From NCBI GenBank assembly GCA_000432435.1, contig HF993133.1, positions 55,428 to 119,427 of the forward strand: a stretch of 64,000 nucleotides of DNA. The letters are read 5' to 3'. Within the stretch, counting starts at the first letter, position 1; every line of letters begins with the position of its first letter. The position numbers and the translations under genes are program-made. Below the pieces are notes generated by a model that searched no databases, had not been told where the DNA came from, and was given only the letters and a program-made list of their open reading frames with translations. Below are positions 18,668 through 29,247 of this stretch, piece by piece. The DNA is from Eubacterium sp. CAG:180 (GTDB lineage: Bacteria; Bacillota; Clostridia; Oscillospirales; Acutalibacteraceae).

Positions 18668-19471
18668 TTATACTGTATTTTCATTTTTTAATTTTCTGAA
18701 TTTACCGGGAGAAACGCCTACATTTTTCGTAAAAACATAAATAAAATTAGCCTCGCTATTGAAACCTGTTTCATAGGCCACGGCAGTTATGGTTAATTCC
18801 GTACTTCTGAGCAGGTATTTTGCTTTTTTTATCCGCATTGCCATAACATAAGCGTACGGTGAATCGCCCGTATATTTTTGGAAAACCCTATTAAAATGAG
18901 AAACGCTCATTGGCATTTTGTCGGCAAGCTTTCTAACGCTAAGATTCTCATTCAGATTATCGGCAATATAATTTATAATCTTTTGAACACTGTCATTATA
19001 GTTGTTTTCACGGTCGTTTTTACTGTTGCTGAAACAGAATAATTTTTGCAATAATTTTTCTATATCTGTGCTTATACTTAGTTTAGAAAAAGGCTTTGTG
19101 CTATTGCAAATACTGTCATATATATGCAAAAACAGCTTTTTTTCGGAAGCGGTATTCTTGCACTTTGTAATACCTTTGTTTTTTTGAATCAGTTCAAAAT
19201 AATCTACTCCGCCGATTTGCATCCAAATAAGTTCCCCGCGGCTGTTCATGTCCGATTGAAGAGCTGACGGATTGTCACAATACAGCATATCACCTACGTG
19301 TGCGGAAATTTGCATACCGTTTTTTACAAATGTAAACGCACCATCCACAATATACATAATTAAAAAACTGTTGCTATTCGTATGAAACAGCGGTTGATTT
19401 TCTGCACAGCAAAAGCGCCCCGCACCGACAGGATAATACCTGTCGGTGCTTTTTATTGATTCCGTTTTCAT
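18668..19471 (-). CDS. AraC-family transcriptional regulator (cupin sensor plus AraC HTH), probable xylose regulator
   Basis: 267 aa. C-terminal AraC HTH signature (LSVRKLADK...YLLRSTELTITAVAYETGF). Adjacent to xylB-xylA. Confidence 0.85.
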   Translation of the reverse strand: MKTESIKSTDRYYPVGAGRFCCAENQPLFHTNSNSFLIMYIVDGAFTFVKNGMQISAHVGDMLYCDNPSALQSDMNSRGELIWMQIGGVDYFELIQKNKGITKCKNTASEKKLFLHIYDSICNSTKPFSKLSISTDIEKLLQKLFCFSNSKNDRENNYNDSVQKIINYIADNLNENLSVRKLADKMPMSVSHFNRVFQKYTGDSPYAYVMAMRIKKAKYLLRSTELTITAVAYETGFNSEANFIYVFTKNVGVSPGKFRKLKNENTV

Positions 19472-19485
19472 TGGTTATGTGAGAT

Positions 19486-20937
19486 TCATCTCCTTGTTTG
19501 AGATATACTGTTTGTCATTCTGTAAAGTTTTAAATACTCATTATACTTATTTTCATAAAACTGTGTAAATGTTTTATCCGGGATTATAGTTTCTTTTATA
19601 CTGTAAAAATTATCCGATACATTATTTCCGTTGCCCTTTGCGGCGAGCAGGCAGGCGCCCAGTGCACCTGCATCTTCAAAAGACGGTATTTCAAGCTGAA
19701 CATTAAGAATAGTTGCAATCAGTTTCAGCCACAGTCTGTTTTTTGTACCGCCGCCGCAGATTTTTGCTTTTGAAATATTTACGCCCTGTGATTTAATAAT
19801 TTCAATATTTTCTTTCAGAGAAAAGGCAACTCCCTCAAGCACTGCAAGGCTCATTTCCTCTCTCTTTGTGTGCATTGAAAGACCGGTAAACATTCCTCTT
19901 GCGTTTGTGTCATTCACAGGCGAGCGTTCGCCCATAAGGTAGGGCAGAAAAAGCACATCGCTTTTGCCCATATATTTTTCCGCATCTTTTTCGTAATCAT
20001 AGGAGCTTTTCAGAATATCCTCTATCCACCATTTCTGACTGCTTGCCGCCGTTAAGGTACAGGCAAGGTAATGGTATTTTCCGTTTGCAGAGCAAAAGGA
20101 GTGAATTGCATTTTTTCTGTCACAGTTATATTTTTCCGTGCAGGCAAAAATTGTTCCCGATGTGCCGAGAGAAATGTTGCAGTCGCCGTCATTCACCGTT
20201 CCTGTTCCGATTGCAGATGCGGCATTGTCCCCTGCACCGATGATAATTTTAGTATCTGGACAAAGCTCAAGCTCATCTGCAAGCTTTTCTTTTATACAGC
20301 CAACTGATTGACTGCTTTCATAAACAGCAGGCAAAAAACTTTCGTCAATATGCAGTAATTGAAGCATTGGCTTTGACCAGCAGCGATGCTCAGTATCAAA
20401 ATACAATGTGCCTGCGGCGTCGGAAACATCGGTTGCAAACACGCCTGAAAGCATAAAAGCAACATAATCCTTCGGAAGCAGTATTTTTGAAATGCGTTTG
20501 AAATTGTCAGGCTCGTGATTATAAACCCAAAGGAGCTTCGGAGCGGTAAAGCCTGCAAAGGCGATATTCCCTGTGTTGTCGAGCAGAAAATCTTTGCCGA
20601 TTTTGTTGTTCAGGTAATCGACCTCTTTTTCACTTCTGCCGTCGTTCCAAAGTATGGCAGGGCGAATAACCTCGTCCTTTTCGTCCAGCAGAACAAGACC
20701 GTGCATCTGACCGCAAAAGCCAATGGCTTTTACCTCGCTCTTGTCAACATCACGCAAAAGTTCTTTCATTGCAAGCATGCTCTGCCTGTACCAATCCTCG
20801 GGATTCTGCTCTGCATAATTGCCGTTTGAAAGGTAAATCGGATAATCCTTAGATATTGTATTTTGGATTTCATTTTCATTTATCAGCATCGCCTTAACAG
20901 ACGAAGTGCCGATATCTATACCGATATAATAACTCAT
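19486..20937 (-). CDS. xylB: Xylulokinase (FGGY carbohydrate kinase)
   Basis: 483 aa. FGGY N-terminal [26 protein letters not shown] motifs. Overlaps the xylA stop. Confidence 0.88.
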   Translation of the reverse strand: MSYYIGIDIGTSSVKAMLINENEIQNTISKDYPIYLSNGNYAEQNPEDWYRQSMLAMKELLRDVDKSEVKAIGFCGQMHGLVLLDEKDEVIRPAILWNDGRSEKEVDYLNNKIGKDFLLDNTGNIAFAGFTAPKLLWVYNHEPDNFKRISKILLPKDYVAFMLSGVFATDVSDAAGTLYFDTEHRCWSKPMLQLLHIDESFLPAVYESSQSVGCIKEKLADELELCPDTKIIIGAGDNAASAIGTGTVNDGDCNISLGTSGTIFACTEKYNCDRKNAIHSFCSANGKYHYLACTLTAASSQKWWIEDILKSSYDYEKDAEKYMGKSDVLFLPYLMGERSPVNDTNARGMFTGLSMHTKREEMSLAVLEGVAFSLKENIEIIKSQGVNISKAKICGGGTKNRLWLKLIATILNVQLEIPSFEDAGALGACLLAAKGNGNNVSDNFYSIKETIIPDKTFTQFYENKYNEYLKLYRMTNSISQTRR

Positions 20938-22256
20938 AATTCTCTGCCTGCCGAAATGATATATTGATTGACAAGTGCTTCTAAATATTCCTGTTTTCCG
21001 CTTTCTGCTGTCGGCTCTCCGTTTGTAAGTGTGTACTGCTCAAGCTCTGCAAGGGAGGTTTGCTTATCAGCAATTTTTTTGCCGATGCCCTCGGTATATG
21101 AGCTGTATCTGTTTTCAACGAACTTATCCATAACGCCGTCTGAAATGATTTTGTCGGCAACGATAAGACCGTAAGCGAAAGCGTCCATACCTGCAATATA
21201 GGAAAGGAAAACATCCTCATATGTATTGCTTGCACGTCTTGCTTTTGCATCAAAATTAAGTCCTCCGTTTGTAAAGCCGCCCTGCTTAAGCACTTCGTAC
21301 ATACACATGGTTGTGCTATATAAATCCGTGGGGAACTGGTCGGTGTCCCAACCTAAAAGCATATCGCCCTGGTTGGCGTCTATGGAACCGAAAACGCCAT
21401 TATCCCTTGCAACTCTCAGCTCGTGCTGGAAAGTATGCCCTGCAAGCGTTGCGTGATTGGCTTCAATATTCATTTTAAAATCTTTATCTAAATCGTATTT
21501 TCTCAAAAATGCAAGAACGGTTGACACATCAAAATCATATTGATGCTTTGTTGGCTCCTTCGGCTTTGGTTCTATATAAAAATCACCCGTAAATCCGATG
21601 CTCCTGCCGTAATCCACAGCCATACGCATAAGATATGCCATATTATCCTGCTCTTTTGCCATATCGGTATTCAGGATCGTATCATAGCCCTCTCTGCCAC
21701 CCCAGAACACATAGCCCTGACCACCAAGTTCTACGGTGATTTCAATGGCTTTTTTAATTTGCGCCGCCGCATAAGCAAACACATCGGCACTCGGAGCAGT
21801 GCCTGCGCCACACATATATCTCGGATGGTTAAAACAGTTTGCCGTTCCCCAAAGAAGCTTTATGCCTGTTCTTTTCATTTCCGACTTGATAATCGGAACG
21901 ATTCTCTCAAGATTCTCGTTTGTTTCTTTTAAGGTTGCGCCCTCGGGAGCAATATCACGATCGTGAAAACAAAAGTATTGCATACCCAACTTTTCCATAA
22001 GCTCAAATGCGGCATATACCTTGTGCTCATAAATCTCTATAGCCGTTTTTCCGCCGAAGGATTTGTTGATTGTTCCTCTGCCGAACATATCTGTTCCGTC
22101 GGCACACATTGTGTGCCAGTAGCTCATAGCAAATTTTAAATGCTCGCTCATTTTTTTACCTGCTATAATTCTATCTGCATCGTAGTACTTGAAAGCAAGA
22201 GGATTTTTTGAATTTACGCCCTCAAATTTGATTTTTTCGATATTATTGAAATACAT
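20934..22256 (-). CDS. xylA: Xylose isomerase
   Basis: 440 aa. Typical XylA N-terminus ([28 protein letters not shown]) and metal-binding region (FHD.D, EPKP). Confidence 0.93.
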   Translation of the reverse strand: MYFNNIEKIKFEGVNSKNPLAFKYYDADRIIAGKKMSEHLKFAMSYWHTMCADGTDMFGRGTINKSFGGKTAIEIYEHKVYAAFELMEKLGMQYFCFHDRDIAPEGATLKETNENLERIVPIIKSEMKRTGIKLLWGTANCFNHPRYMCGAGTAPSADVFAYAAAQIKKAIEITVELGGQGYVFWGGREGYDTILNTDMAKEQDNMAYLMRMAVDYGRSIGFTGDFYIEPKPKEPTKHQYDFDVSTVLAFLRKYDLDKDFKMNIEANHATLAGHTFQHELRVARDNGVFGSIDANQGDMLLGWDTDQFPTDLYSTTMCMYEVLKQGGFTNGGLNFDAKARRASNTYEDVFLSYIAGMDAFAYGLIVADKIISDGVMDKFVENRYSSYTEGIGKKIADKQTSLAELEQYTLTNGEPTAESGKQEYLEALVNQYIISAGREL

Positions 22257-22272
22257 TTTTTCTTACCTCTGT

Positions 22273-24519
22273 TTATTTTCTGCCGATTTCATTAAAAGGA
22301 ATTTCTTTGAAATCGGAACATTCTTTTGAAATTTTACTGTCTGCCTTGATTCTGTAATCGCCGTTTTCATAATCCTCAAAGGAGCTTTTTGCACCGTTTA
22401 AGGTAAAGGTCTGATTGTTTTCAACGACAGAATATTTTTTGACTGTCTTTGCGATTTCACCGACCTTGTTTTGCTTTGAAATAATGATGTTATTTTGAAC
22501 AGATGAGCCTGACGGATTAACTGCAAAGCCCTCGTCCTCTTCTCTTTCATAATCCTGATGCATACGCTCAATGCCGTCATACTTATTGCCGATTGAAGCG
22601 TTAAACTCCTTTGCCTCATTCATAAGCTGCCATAAACGGCTGTCAGGCGTTTTACAATTTTTTGCATACCAGCCGTCATTGTGATAACCGTCATATGCTC
22701 GGTCATCATAGAGTATCTGCTTTCCTGCATTGATTACTAAATTGTTTTCAATCATATTATCTCTGCCGCCGCCGACAAGGAAAGCGTAACCCGGGATATT
22801 GATAAGCACATTTCCGTATGCCGTCTGCCCTGAAGAATTATCGTCAAAGTAAATGCCGCTTGGTGTAAAAGTGCCCGAGCCGATATTGCTGATACAGTTA
22901 TAGCGGACAACATTGCCGTAGGTGCTGTAGCTGTATCCCGTATAAATCGCACCTGCATCTGAGGATTGTAAAACTACATCGTGAATGTAATTGTATTCCA
23001 CTACATTTTCATTGCCTGTATAGTAAACACCCATATGCGGTGCATTATAGATTTCGTTGTGAGAAACAACGTTGCCGATACCGCTTAAATTAACACCTGC
23101 TATATATGTTTTCTGAATTTCGCCGTAATCGTGCAGGCTGTTGTTGGTGACGGTGTTACTGCCATAGACAAAGCCCTCTGCACTGCCGCCCGAAAGCACA
23201 ACCGCATCTTTTCCGATAAAAGCGACCTCGCAGTTTTCCACAAGATTATTTTTGCCGCTGACATTGATTCCGCAATCCGCCGCATTTTTAACCGTGCAGT
23301 TCACGATTTTGCAGTTTTCGCCTGCAACGTTAAGGGCATCGGCTCTTGTGCCCTGCAAGGTAAGACCATCAACGGTAATATTGGACGCTTTTTCTGTGAT
23401 ACTGATTATATTTTCATTGCTTGTTGAAAGCATAATTTTGCTGTTCTCATTTTCATCAGGAGGGTAAAAATACAATATACCGCTATCACGGTCTATGTAA
23501 TATTCGCCCGGTGCATCAAGTTCCTCAAGAACATTGAAAAAATAATAATATCCGCCCTCCTTAAAGCCGTATTTACTGCAATATTCAGTAGTGATTGTCT
23601 TATCGTCATTTATACTTTTTATCGGTGTGGACATATCTGCCCAATCCCAGTAAAAGTAACCGAACGCCCACAAATCATTGGTATTTTGCCAGCTTTTTAC
23701 TCTTGAATAAGTATCCTCGTCAAGGGCAAATGTGCCGCCTCTTTGATTGCGTCTTTCGAGCCACGATTCATCAACAGGTGCGGGAGCATTCGGCTCATAG
23801 CAGTCGCCGATGTCGCTTACTTTACCTACGGTTATATACGAATCGTTGGGATAGCGTGCAATTGTCATTCTTTTATCATTAAAGAACAATTCACAAGGAT
23901 TTTCAGTTGCCGCATTGTCATAATACTCTTCCGTATTAAATCCGCCTGTCGCCTTGATTTTACCGTAATCCGATTTTGTAAGACCGTATTTTTTCAAATC
24001 AAGCATCTTAACCTTATCCGCTGCCTGACTGCTGAGCCTTTTTGCGGTTTCACCGTTGACAGAGGAAAAATCGGCAGGAGTTAAAATTTTGCCGCCGCAG
24101 AGGATAACCTCACCATCACCGTAGGAAGTGTAGGTAACGGATGTGCTTTTTGAAGAATCTCTTTCGTCAAACGCGATACCCGTTTCATAATATGTGCCCG
24201 CCATTATTGCAACGGTAAGGGATGCTTTATTTTCTTCAGAATTTGCAATAGCTTCACGCACAGCCTGCTGTGCTCTTTTGATTGTCTGAAACGGCTTTTC
24301 AAGTGTGCCGTCGCCATTGTCATCACCGTTTACGGATACATAGAAATCCGCATTTTTAACAAGCGCTTTCTGTCTGTCCGATTTTGTGTAAGCAAGTGCC
24401 GTTGGGGAAGCTATCGGTTCATATTTATTTATGTACGACATATATGTACCTACCGATGCTCCGATTACGGCAAGAGCCAAACCGACAGACACTGCTGAAA
24501 TTATGATTTTCTTTTTCAT
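22273..24519 (-). CDS. Secreted or anchored right-handed parallel beta-helix repeat protein (pectate-lyase-fold carbohydrate-active enzyme or binding protein)
   Basis: 748 aa. N-terminal signal anchor; many N/G-rich beta-helix rungs (NVVSHNEIYN..GVYYTGNENVVEYNYIHD..). Confidence 0.6.
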   Translation of the reverse strand: MKKKIIISAVSVGLALAVIGASVGTYMSYINKYEPIASPTALAYTKSDRQKALVKNADFYVSVNGDDNGDGTLEKPFQTIKRAQQAVREAIANSEENKASLTVAIMAGTYYETGIAFDERDSSKSTSVTYTSYGDGEVILCGGKILTPADFSSVNGETAKRLSSQAADKVKMLDLKKYGLTKSDYGKIKATGGFNTEEYYDNAATENPCELFFNDKRMTIARYPNDSYITVGKVSDIGDCYEPNAPAPVDESWLERRNQRGGTFALDEDTYSRVKSWQNTNDLWAFGYFYWDWADMSTPIKSINDDKTITTEYCSKYGFKEGGYYYFFNVLEELDAPGEYYIDRDSGILYFYPPDENENSKIMLSTSNENIISITEKASNITVDGLTLQGTRADALNVAGENCKIVNCTVKNAADCGINVSGKNNLVENCEVAFIGKDAVVLSGGSAEGFVYGSNTVTNNSLHDYGEIQKTYIAGVNLSGIGNVVSHNEIYNAPHMGVYYTGNENVVEYNYIHDVVLQSSDAGAIYTGYSYSTYGNVVRYNCISNIGSGTFTPSGIYFDDNSSGQTAYGNVLINIPGYAFLVGGGRDNMIENNLVINAGKQILYDDRAYDGYHNDGWYAKNCKTPDSRLWQLMNEAKEFNASIGNKYDGIERMHQDYEREEDEGFAVNPSGSSVQNNIIISKQNKVGEIAKTVKKYSVVENNQTFTLNGAKSSFEDYENGDYRIKADSKISKECSDFKEIPFNEIGRK

Positions 24520-24553
24520 AGAACTTCCTCTGTTTTAACTGTAATAAAGATAT

Positions 24554-26068
24554 TTACTTCACCGTAAATTCTGTCGTTAAATATTCATCGCTGACCTTAT
24601 TAAACGAATTTACTGCATACACATGCAAAAAGTATTTACCTTTCTCCAAGCCTCTTATTTTATTCTGTTCGGTATACATTATATCATTTCCCAGAATATA
24701 ATTCTTTCCGAAAAAACGCACATAAGTTTTTTGACCGATTTCATTTCCAATTTCATAAATATAATACTTTATCGGGACATTTTGACAAGCACAATCAAAG
24801 CTTACTACAGCACCGTCTGATGTGCTTTCAGCAGAAATTTCAGCGTCACCAAAGGTCGGAGTAACGCCACTCCCTAATTTTTCGGCAGTTCTTGTAAATG
24901 AACTTTTCTCAAAAGAACGCATTATAAATTCTTCGCCGAATTCAATTCCGGTATTTAAGTTTACTTTTTTCAATGTGAACGAATTGCTTTGCGTATCTAC
25001 ATACATCAAATATCCGTTATTCACATTATTTCTGTCAGGTACATCTTCGAGTTTGTAAATACCGATAAGCTGAGGATTTACCATATAATCCTTTTTATCA
25101 AGTAGTCCCTGACTTTGAAAGACAAGATTTTTTTGTGAAATATCCGCCGGAAAGTCGTTTGCTTCATTTTCATCTTCATTATCAAGCCAGTCAAAATCGA
25201 AATAGCTTGTTGTTCCCGTATTGATAACGGTAAAATCTTTTTGCATAATTGCTCTTTCATCGCTCATGCAATAATGAGAATGTCCTGTAAATACAACCGC
25301 CTGCGGATATTCTTTTAAAATACTATATATTTCTTCATATTGCGGTGTTGCCCAATGTCCGCCATTCACAATATTGCTGATGGGCATATGGATAAAAACA
25401 AAAATAGGCTTGTTTGGATCTTCTGTATTTGCGGCAGCAAGTTGTTCTTTTAAAAATTCTATTCTTTTCTCATTATATGTTCCATCTGCAAGTGTATCGT
25501 TGCTTTCGGCAAGTTCTTCATCTCCTTTTTCAAGTTTTGAATTAGAAATGGAGATAAAGCTATAGCCGTTAACAATCGTTCTTGTGTTGAGAGGAAGACC
25601 GGTTGACTTGTAAAAATTGTGTTCCTGGTTGCCGCCGTAAAATTCATGATTACCCATAGGATAAATAATGTGCGGTGCTTCTGCTCTGTCCTCACCGTAA
25701 ACATAGTCTAAAATTTTGTTATATGCGCTGTATGCAGCATAATCGCCGGTAGCGTTGACCATATCTCCGTTAAATACTATCATATCGACATTTTGACTTT
25801 TATAGTATTTTAATGCTTTTATAAGATGATCTGCACCATTCATAACAGTAGCATAATCCCAACCGTAAAGATTTTTTTCTTCCTGTGGAAGCTGTGCGTC
25901 TGAAATAATGCCGACTTTTATATAGCCTTTTGAATTTGCTTCTATGGTTTCAACAACATATTTCTTACTTTTAGGAACGGTGAGAGCCTTATAAGTAATT
26001 ACTGTTGCCGTAATTATTATTGCCGATGTCAAAAATAAAGACAATATAATTAAATGTGTTTTCTTCAT
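24554..26068 (-). CDS. Membrane-anchored calcineurin-like metallophosphoesterase with a C-terminal Ig/FN3-like domain
   Basis: 504 aa. Signal anchor; GDMVNATGD, GNHEF, GHSH metallophosphatase motifs. Confidence 0.8.
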   Translation of the reverse strand: MKKTHLIILSLFLTSAIIITATVITYKALTVPKSKKYVVETIEANSKGYIKVGIISDAQLPQEEKNLYGWDYATVMNGADHLIKALKYYKSQNVDMIVFNGDMVNATGDYAAYSAYNKILDYVYGEDRAEAPHIIYPMGNHEFYGGNQEHNFYKSTGLPLNTRTIVNGYSFISISNSKLEKGDEELAESNDTLADGTYNEKRIEFLKEQLAAANTEDPNKPIFVFIHMPISNIVNGGHWATPQYEEIYSILKEYPQAVVFTGHSHYCMSDERAIMQKDFTVINTGTTSYFDFDWLDNEDENEANDFPADISQKNLVFQSQGLLDKKDYMVNPQLIGIYKLEDVPDRNNVNNGYLMYVDTQSNSFTLKKVNLNTGIEFGEEFIMRSFEKSSFTRTAEKLGSGVTPTFGDAEISAESTSDGAVVSFDCACQNVPIKYYIYEIGNEIGQKTYVRFFGKNYILGNDIMYTEQNKIRGLEKGKYFLHVYAVNSFNKVSDEYLTTEFTVK

Positions 26069-26139
26069 TGTTTTTCTATATCCTTTTTAATATTTAGTAT
26101 TACTGAAATTGTTTCTAAAACAATTTTCATTATTTTTTC

Positions 26140-27192
26140 TTAATTTTCAACATATATATGCTCCACTGTTATTTTATCACCCATTGTTATAAGTGTACCG
26201 CCATTCTGACCGGGTGTCTGATTGCATCTGTCGCCGGTTTTCATTGCATAAGTCAGTCTTACTCCCTCATACATCACACTATAATTATTCAAATGGTCAT
26301 GACCGGCAAATACATATTTTGTACTGTCAAACTCCTTGATTGCATTGAACATACCTGTATTTATATATGACGGGCATTCCTCTTCACCTTTAATGCCGAA
26401 GTTTTCACCTTCTGCACCACCTTCTTGCTGCCATAAATCATAGGCTGTTTTAAATTCAGGAATAGGAATATGCATAAATATCATAGAATCTGTTTTGGAA
26501 TTGTTATATTCATTAATTCCGTTTATTGCCCATTTATACCACTCAATCTGACTGTCAAAAATAAAATCATAATGCATATTTTCATCGTCCTTATCGTAGT
26601 AACGGCTTGCATGCGTATCCATCATAATGAGACTCTGCACGATTTTATCATTTTCTCTGATATTTATTATGTAATTTCCGATTCCACCGATATTATCGGG
26701 GCCTTGCTTAAACAAACAATTTTCTGCTTCTTCGTATTTATTTGCTATCCATGCCAAATCAACATTTCCCTCACCGTCGTGATTGCCGTTAATCGGTGCC
26801 CATGGAATACCGTAGCTGTCTATTTTATTAATTGCTTTAATCACAGAAAATTTAGTGAATTTTGCCCAAACCAAATCTCCTGTGATAACTATTAAATCGG
26901 GCTTTTGCTTTGTAACAAGCGTATCAACCGTTTCATATACATTATCGGCTTTTCCGCACAAATCTAAAGCATCGTTAAATTGCAAATCGGTAATAATAAG
27001 AATTTTGAAATCCTTATTTTCTTCCTTTTCAAGAACAATCGTATCATTTATATCATAAGGTTTGTCTCTGTACCAATAGTCGTAATCGTATGTTTTTCCT
27101 TTCAAAGGAAACATCAATATTGATACGGTTATTAAAACGATAACTAAAAATACGCTTATACCTATAATCAGACCTTTAATTGTTTTACTCAT
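26140..27192 (-). CDS. Membrane-anchored calcineurin-like metallophosphoesterase
   Basis: 350 aa. Signal anchor; ITGDLV, NGNHDGEG, GHDH motifs. Confidence 0.8.
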   Translation of the reverse strand: MSKTIKGLIIGISVFLVIVLITVSILMFPLKGKTYDYDYWYRDKPYDINDTIVLEKEENKDFKILIITDLQFNDALDLCGKADNVYETVDTLVTKQKPDLIVITGDLVWAKFTKFSVIKAINKIDSYGIPWAPINGNHDGEGNVDLAWIANKYEEAENCLFKQGPDNIGGIGNYIINIRENDKIVQSLIMMDTHASRYYDKDDENMHYDFIFDSQIEWYKWAINGINEYNNSKTDSMIFMHIPIPEFKTAYDLWQQEGGAEGENFGIKGEEECPSYINTGMFNAIKEFDSTKYVFAGHDHLNNYSVMYEGVRLTYAMKTGDRCNQTPGQNGGTLITMGDKITVEHIYVEN

Positions 27193-27757
27193 TTTTCTTT
27201 TTCTCCGTTTCTATATATGAATTTAATAAAGCACAAGCAAGCGACAAGCCGCCTGCGGTATACAGTATGGGCTCATAGCTGATAAGTGCGGGCATAAATC
27301 TGCTTAAAGCAAAAATTCCCACAGCAAAAAGTACAAGCAATATATAATGAATCACACCGTTTTTTACTGTTGCACCAAACGACAGACCGATAAACAGTCC
27401 CGTTAAACCGCCCATAATTCTTGCTATCCACATAACGGCTAAGGTTATTGAATTAGTTTTCATTAAGGGCATAAGCATTTGCAGATGATAAATATTTAAG
27501 TATGTAAGCAGTATTATAAAAATGCCCGAAAACAAAAGTCCTAATGTAAGAAGCTTTTGCCTGTCAAATTTTTTCGGCAGTAAAACAGAAAGCAAAGTAC
27601 CAACTGCAAAAAGAGGTGCAAATAAGGCTATCAAAATCGTAAATATTTCGTGTTCCTTCATTGCAGAATCATACACATAATCCTTAATCAAAAAAATGAC
27701 CGAAGACAAGGAAATGCCTATGCTTGCAGATGTTAAAAACTTTGTAAGCTTTTTCAT
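27185..27757 (-). CDS. Integral membrane protein (5-6 TM), unknown function
   Basis: 190 aa, hydrophobic. Overlaps both neighbours in the secreted-enzyme operon. Confidence 0.55.
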   Translation of the reverse strand: MKKLTKFLTSASIGISLSSVIFLIKDYVYDSAMKEHEIFTILIALFAPLFAVGTLLSVLLPKKFDRQKLLTLGLLFSGIFIILLTYLNIYHLQMLMPLMKTNSITLAVMWIARIMGGLTGLFIGLSFGATVKNGVIHYILLVLFAVGIFALSRFMPALISYEPILYTAGGLSLACALLNSYIETEKKKNE

Positions 27758-29247
27758 TTTGTTACCTCCTGTAAGTAATCAGATATTGCCTTTGTCAGCG
27801 AGCGTTCATCGTCTGACGGCAAATCGCAGTACTGACTGAATATCATAACGCCGCCGTAGCCTTTTAAGTAAGCGTAGGCTGTTTTGTCACGGATAATTGC
27901 CTGCGAATTGAAATATGTGTATCTGTCTTCCTTTGTGTCGCTTTTCTTCATTGTATAAAAATTATTGAACGGAGATATTTCTTCACTTATTGCGTTATAC
28001 GCATATTGCTCCATTCTACCGCCCTCCCATGTTCCGTAGAACGGGAAACCGATGTTTATCTGCTCTTTTGAAAAGCCTTGAATTTCAATGTAATCCGCCG
28101 CCTGAACACAGCTGCTGAAAAATGAAGAATGCTGTCCGTCCTGATCAAGAATGTCATAGCCCATAACATTCACATAATCAATACATTCGATTGTTTCCGG
28201 CGTGTATTTTAATGCCCATGTGGCAAGGGCTAATGAAAGCGTTGCGTCCTCTTTATTCCACATTTCAGTTTTCATTCTTGCTTTCAGTTCCTGCAAAAAG
28301 CTGTTGTATGCGTCAAATTCGTCCTGCGACAATGGGAATTCCCAGTCAAGGTCAATGCCGTCAAATTCATATTTGTTGGCAAAAGCAATCATATTAGTAA
28401 TTAGGGTATCCCTGTTTTCCGTAATGGATTTCATAACCCTCTGATTACCGTTTTCGCCCGATGGATTAAGAATAGTAATAACAAGATTTACACCCTTTTC
28501 GTCGAGTACCTCGTGGAGATTTCTCATCATTACGGCATAGTATTTGTCCTCGTCACGCTCTATACCGTCCCAACCGTCTGTATGAATTATTCCTTCCTCA
28601 TCCCAACGAACATTGCCGATGTCAATATAATCGGTTACGGTATCGTAATAATCTGCATCTATAAGCTCCTTGATTTTTGCGTCTTTTTCAGCATCGGACA
28701 GCGTTGTGTCATCAATGATTCCGAATACGGAACCACCCAAGGTACTGTATGTTGAAACACGAAAATCATTCTTCTTTTCGGGAACGGCATTATATATTTC
28801 CATTTCACGGATTTTTGGCAGGTTGTCGCTTTTCTCCACCGTCAGCTTTACATAACGAGCCTTGACCGTATCAAAGGTGCAAAGGCGGTGAAACTCAATT
28901 TTATCGTTAGCATAAATTTGCGTAAAGTTTTCGTTATCGTCCGATACCGATATAGAGAATTTCTGCACATTAAGTCCTTTTTCTTTTAGAATAACAGAGT
29001 TAAAATCACAGCTTTCGCCAAGGTCAATAATCGATTCGCCACCGTTTCTTGTCTTAAAGCGGCAAACAGAGCTGTCTTTTCCGTCAGTCATTTTATTGCT
29101 TTTATCTCTGAGTGCAAGGTTTTCACTTTGTATGTAGTCCTGATTGGACGCATATTTTGAGCTTGTGCCCATAGCCTCGCCGACCGCCGAAAGCGAGATC
29201 AGCAGCACCATAAACAGGCTTATTACAGTAATTGTAAATTTTTTCAT
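27754..29247 (-). CDS. Secreted GH18 glycoside hydrolase (endo-beta-N-acetylglucosaminidase/chitinase-like) with an N-terminal F5/8 type C (discoidin) domain
   Basis: 497 aa. Signal peptide; GH18 catalytic motif DGIDLDWEFP; discoidin-like N-terminal region. Confidence 0.8.
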   Translation of the reverse strand: MKKFTITVISLFMVLLISLSAVGEAMGTSSKYASNQDYIQSENLALRDKSNKMTDGKDSSVCRFKTRNGGESIIDLGESCDFNSVILKEKGLNVQKFSISVSDDNENFTQIYANDKIEFHRLCTFDTVKARYVKLTVEKSDNLPKIREMEIYNAVPEKKNDFRVSTYSTLGGSVFGIIDDTTLSDAEKDAKIKELIDADYYDTVTDYIDIGNVRWDEEGIIHTDGWDGIERDEDKYYAVMMRNLHEVLDEKGVNLVITILNPSGENGNQRVMKSITENRDTLITNMIAFANKYEFDGIDLDWEFPLSQDEFDAYNSFLQELKARMKTEMWNKEDATLSLALATWALKYTPETIECIDYVNVMGYDILDQDGQHSSFFSSCVQAADYIEIQGFSKEQINIGFPFYGTWEGGRMEQYAYNAISEEISPFNNFYTMKKSDTKEDRYTYFNSQAIIRDKTAYAYLKGYGGVMIFSQYCDLPSDDERSLTKAISDYLQEVTK

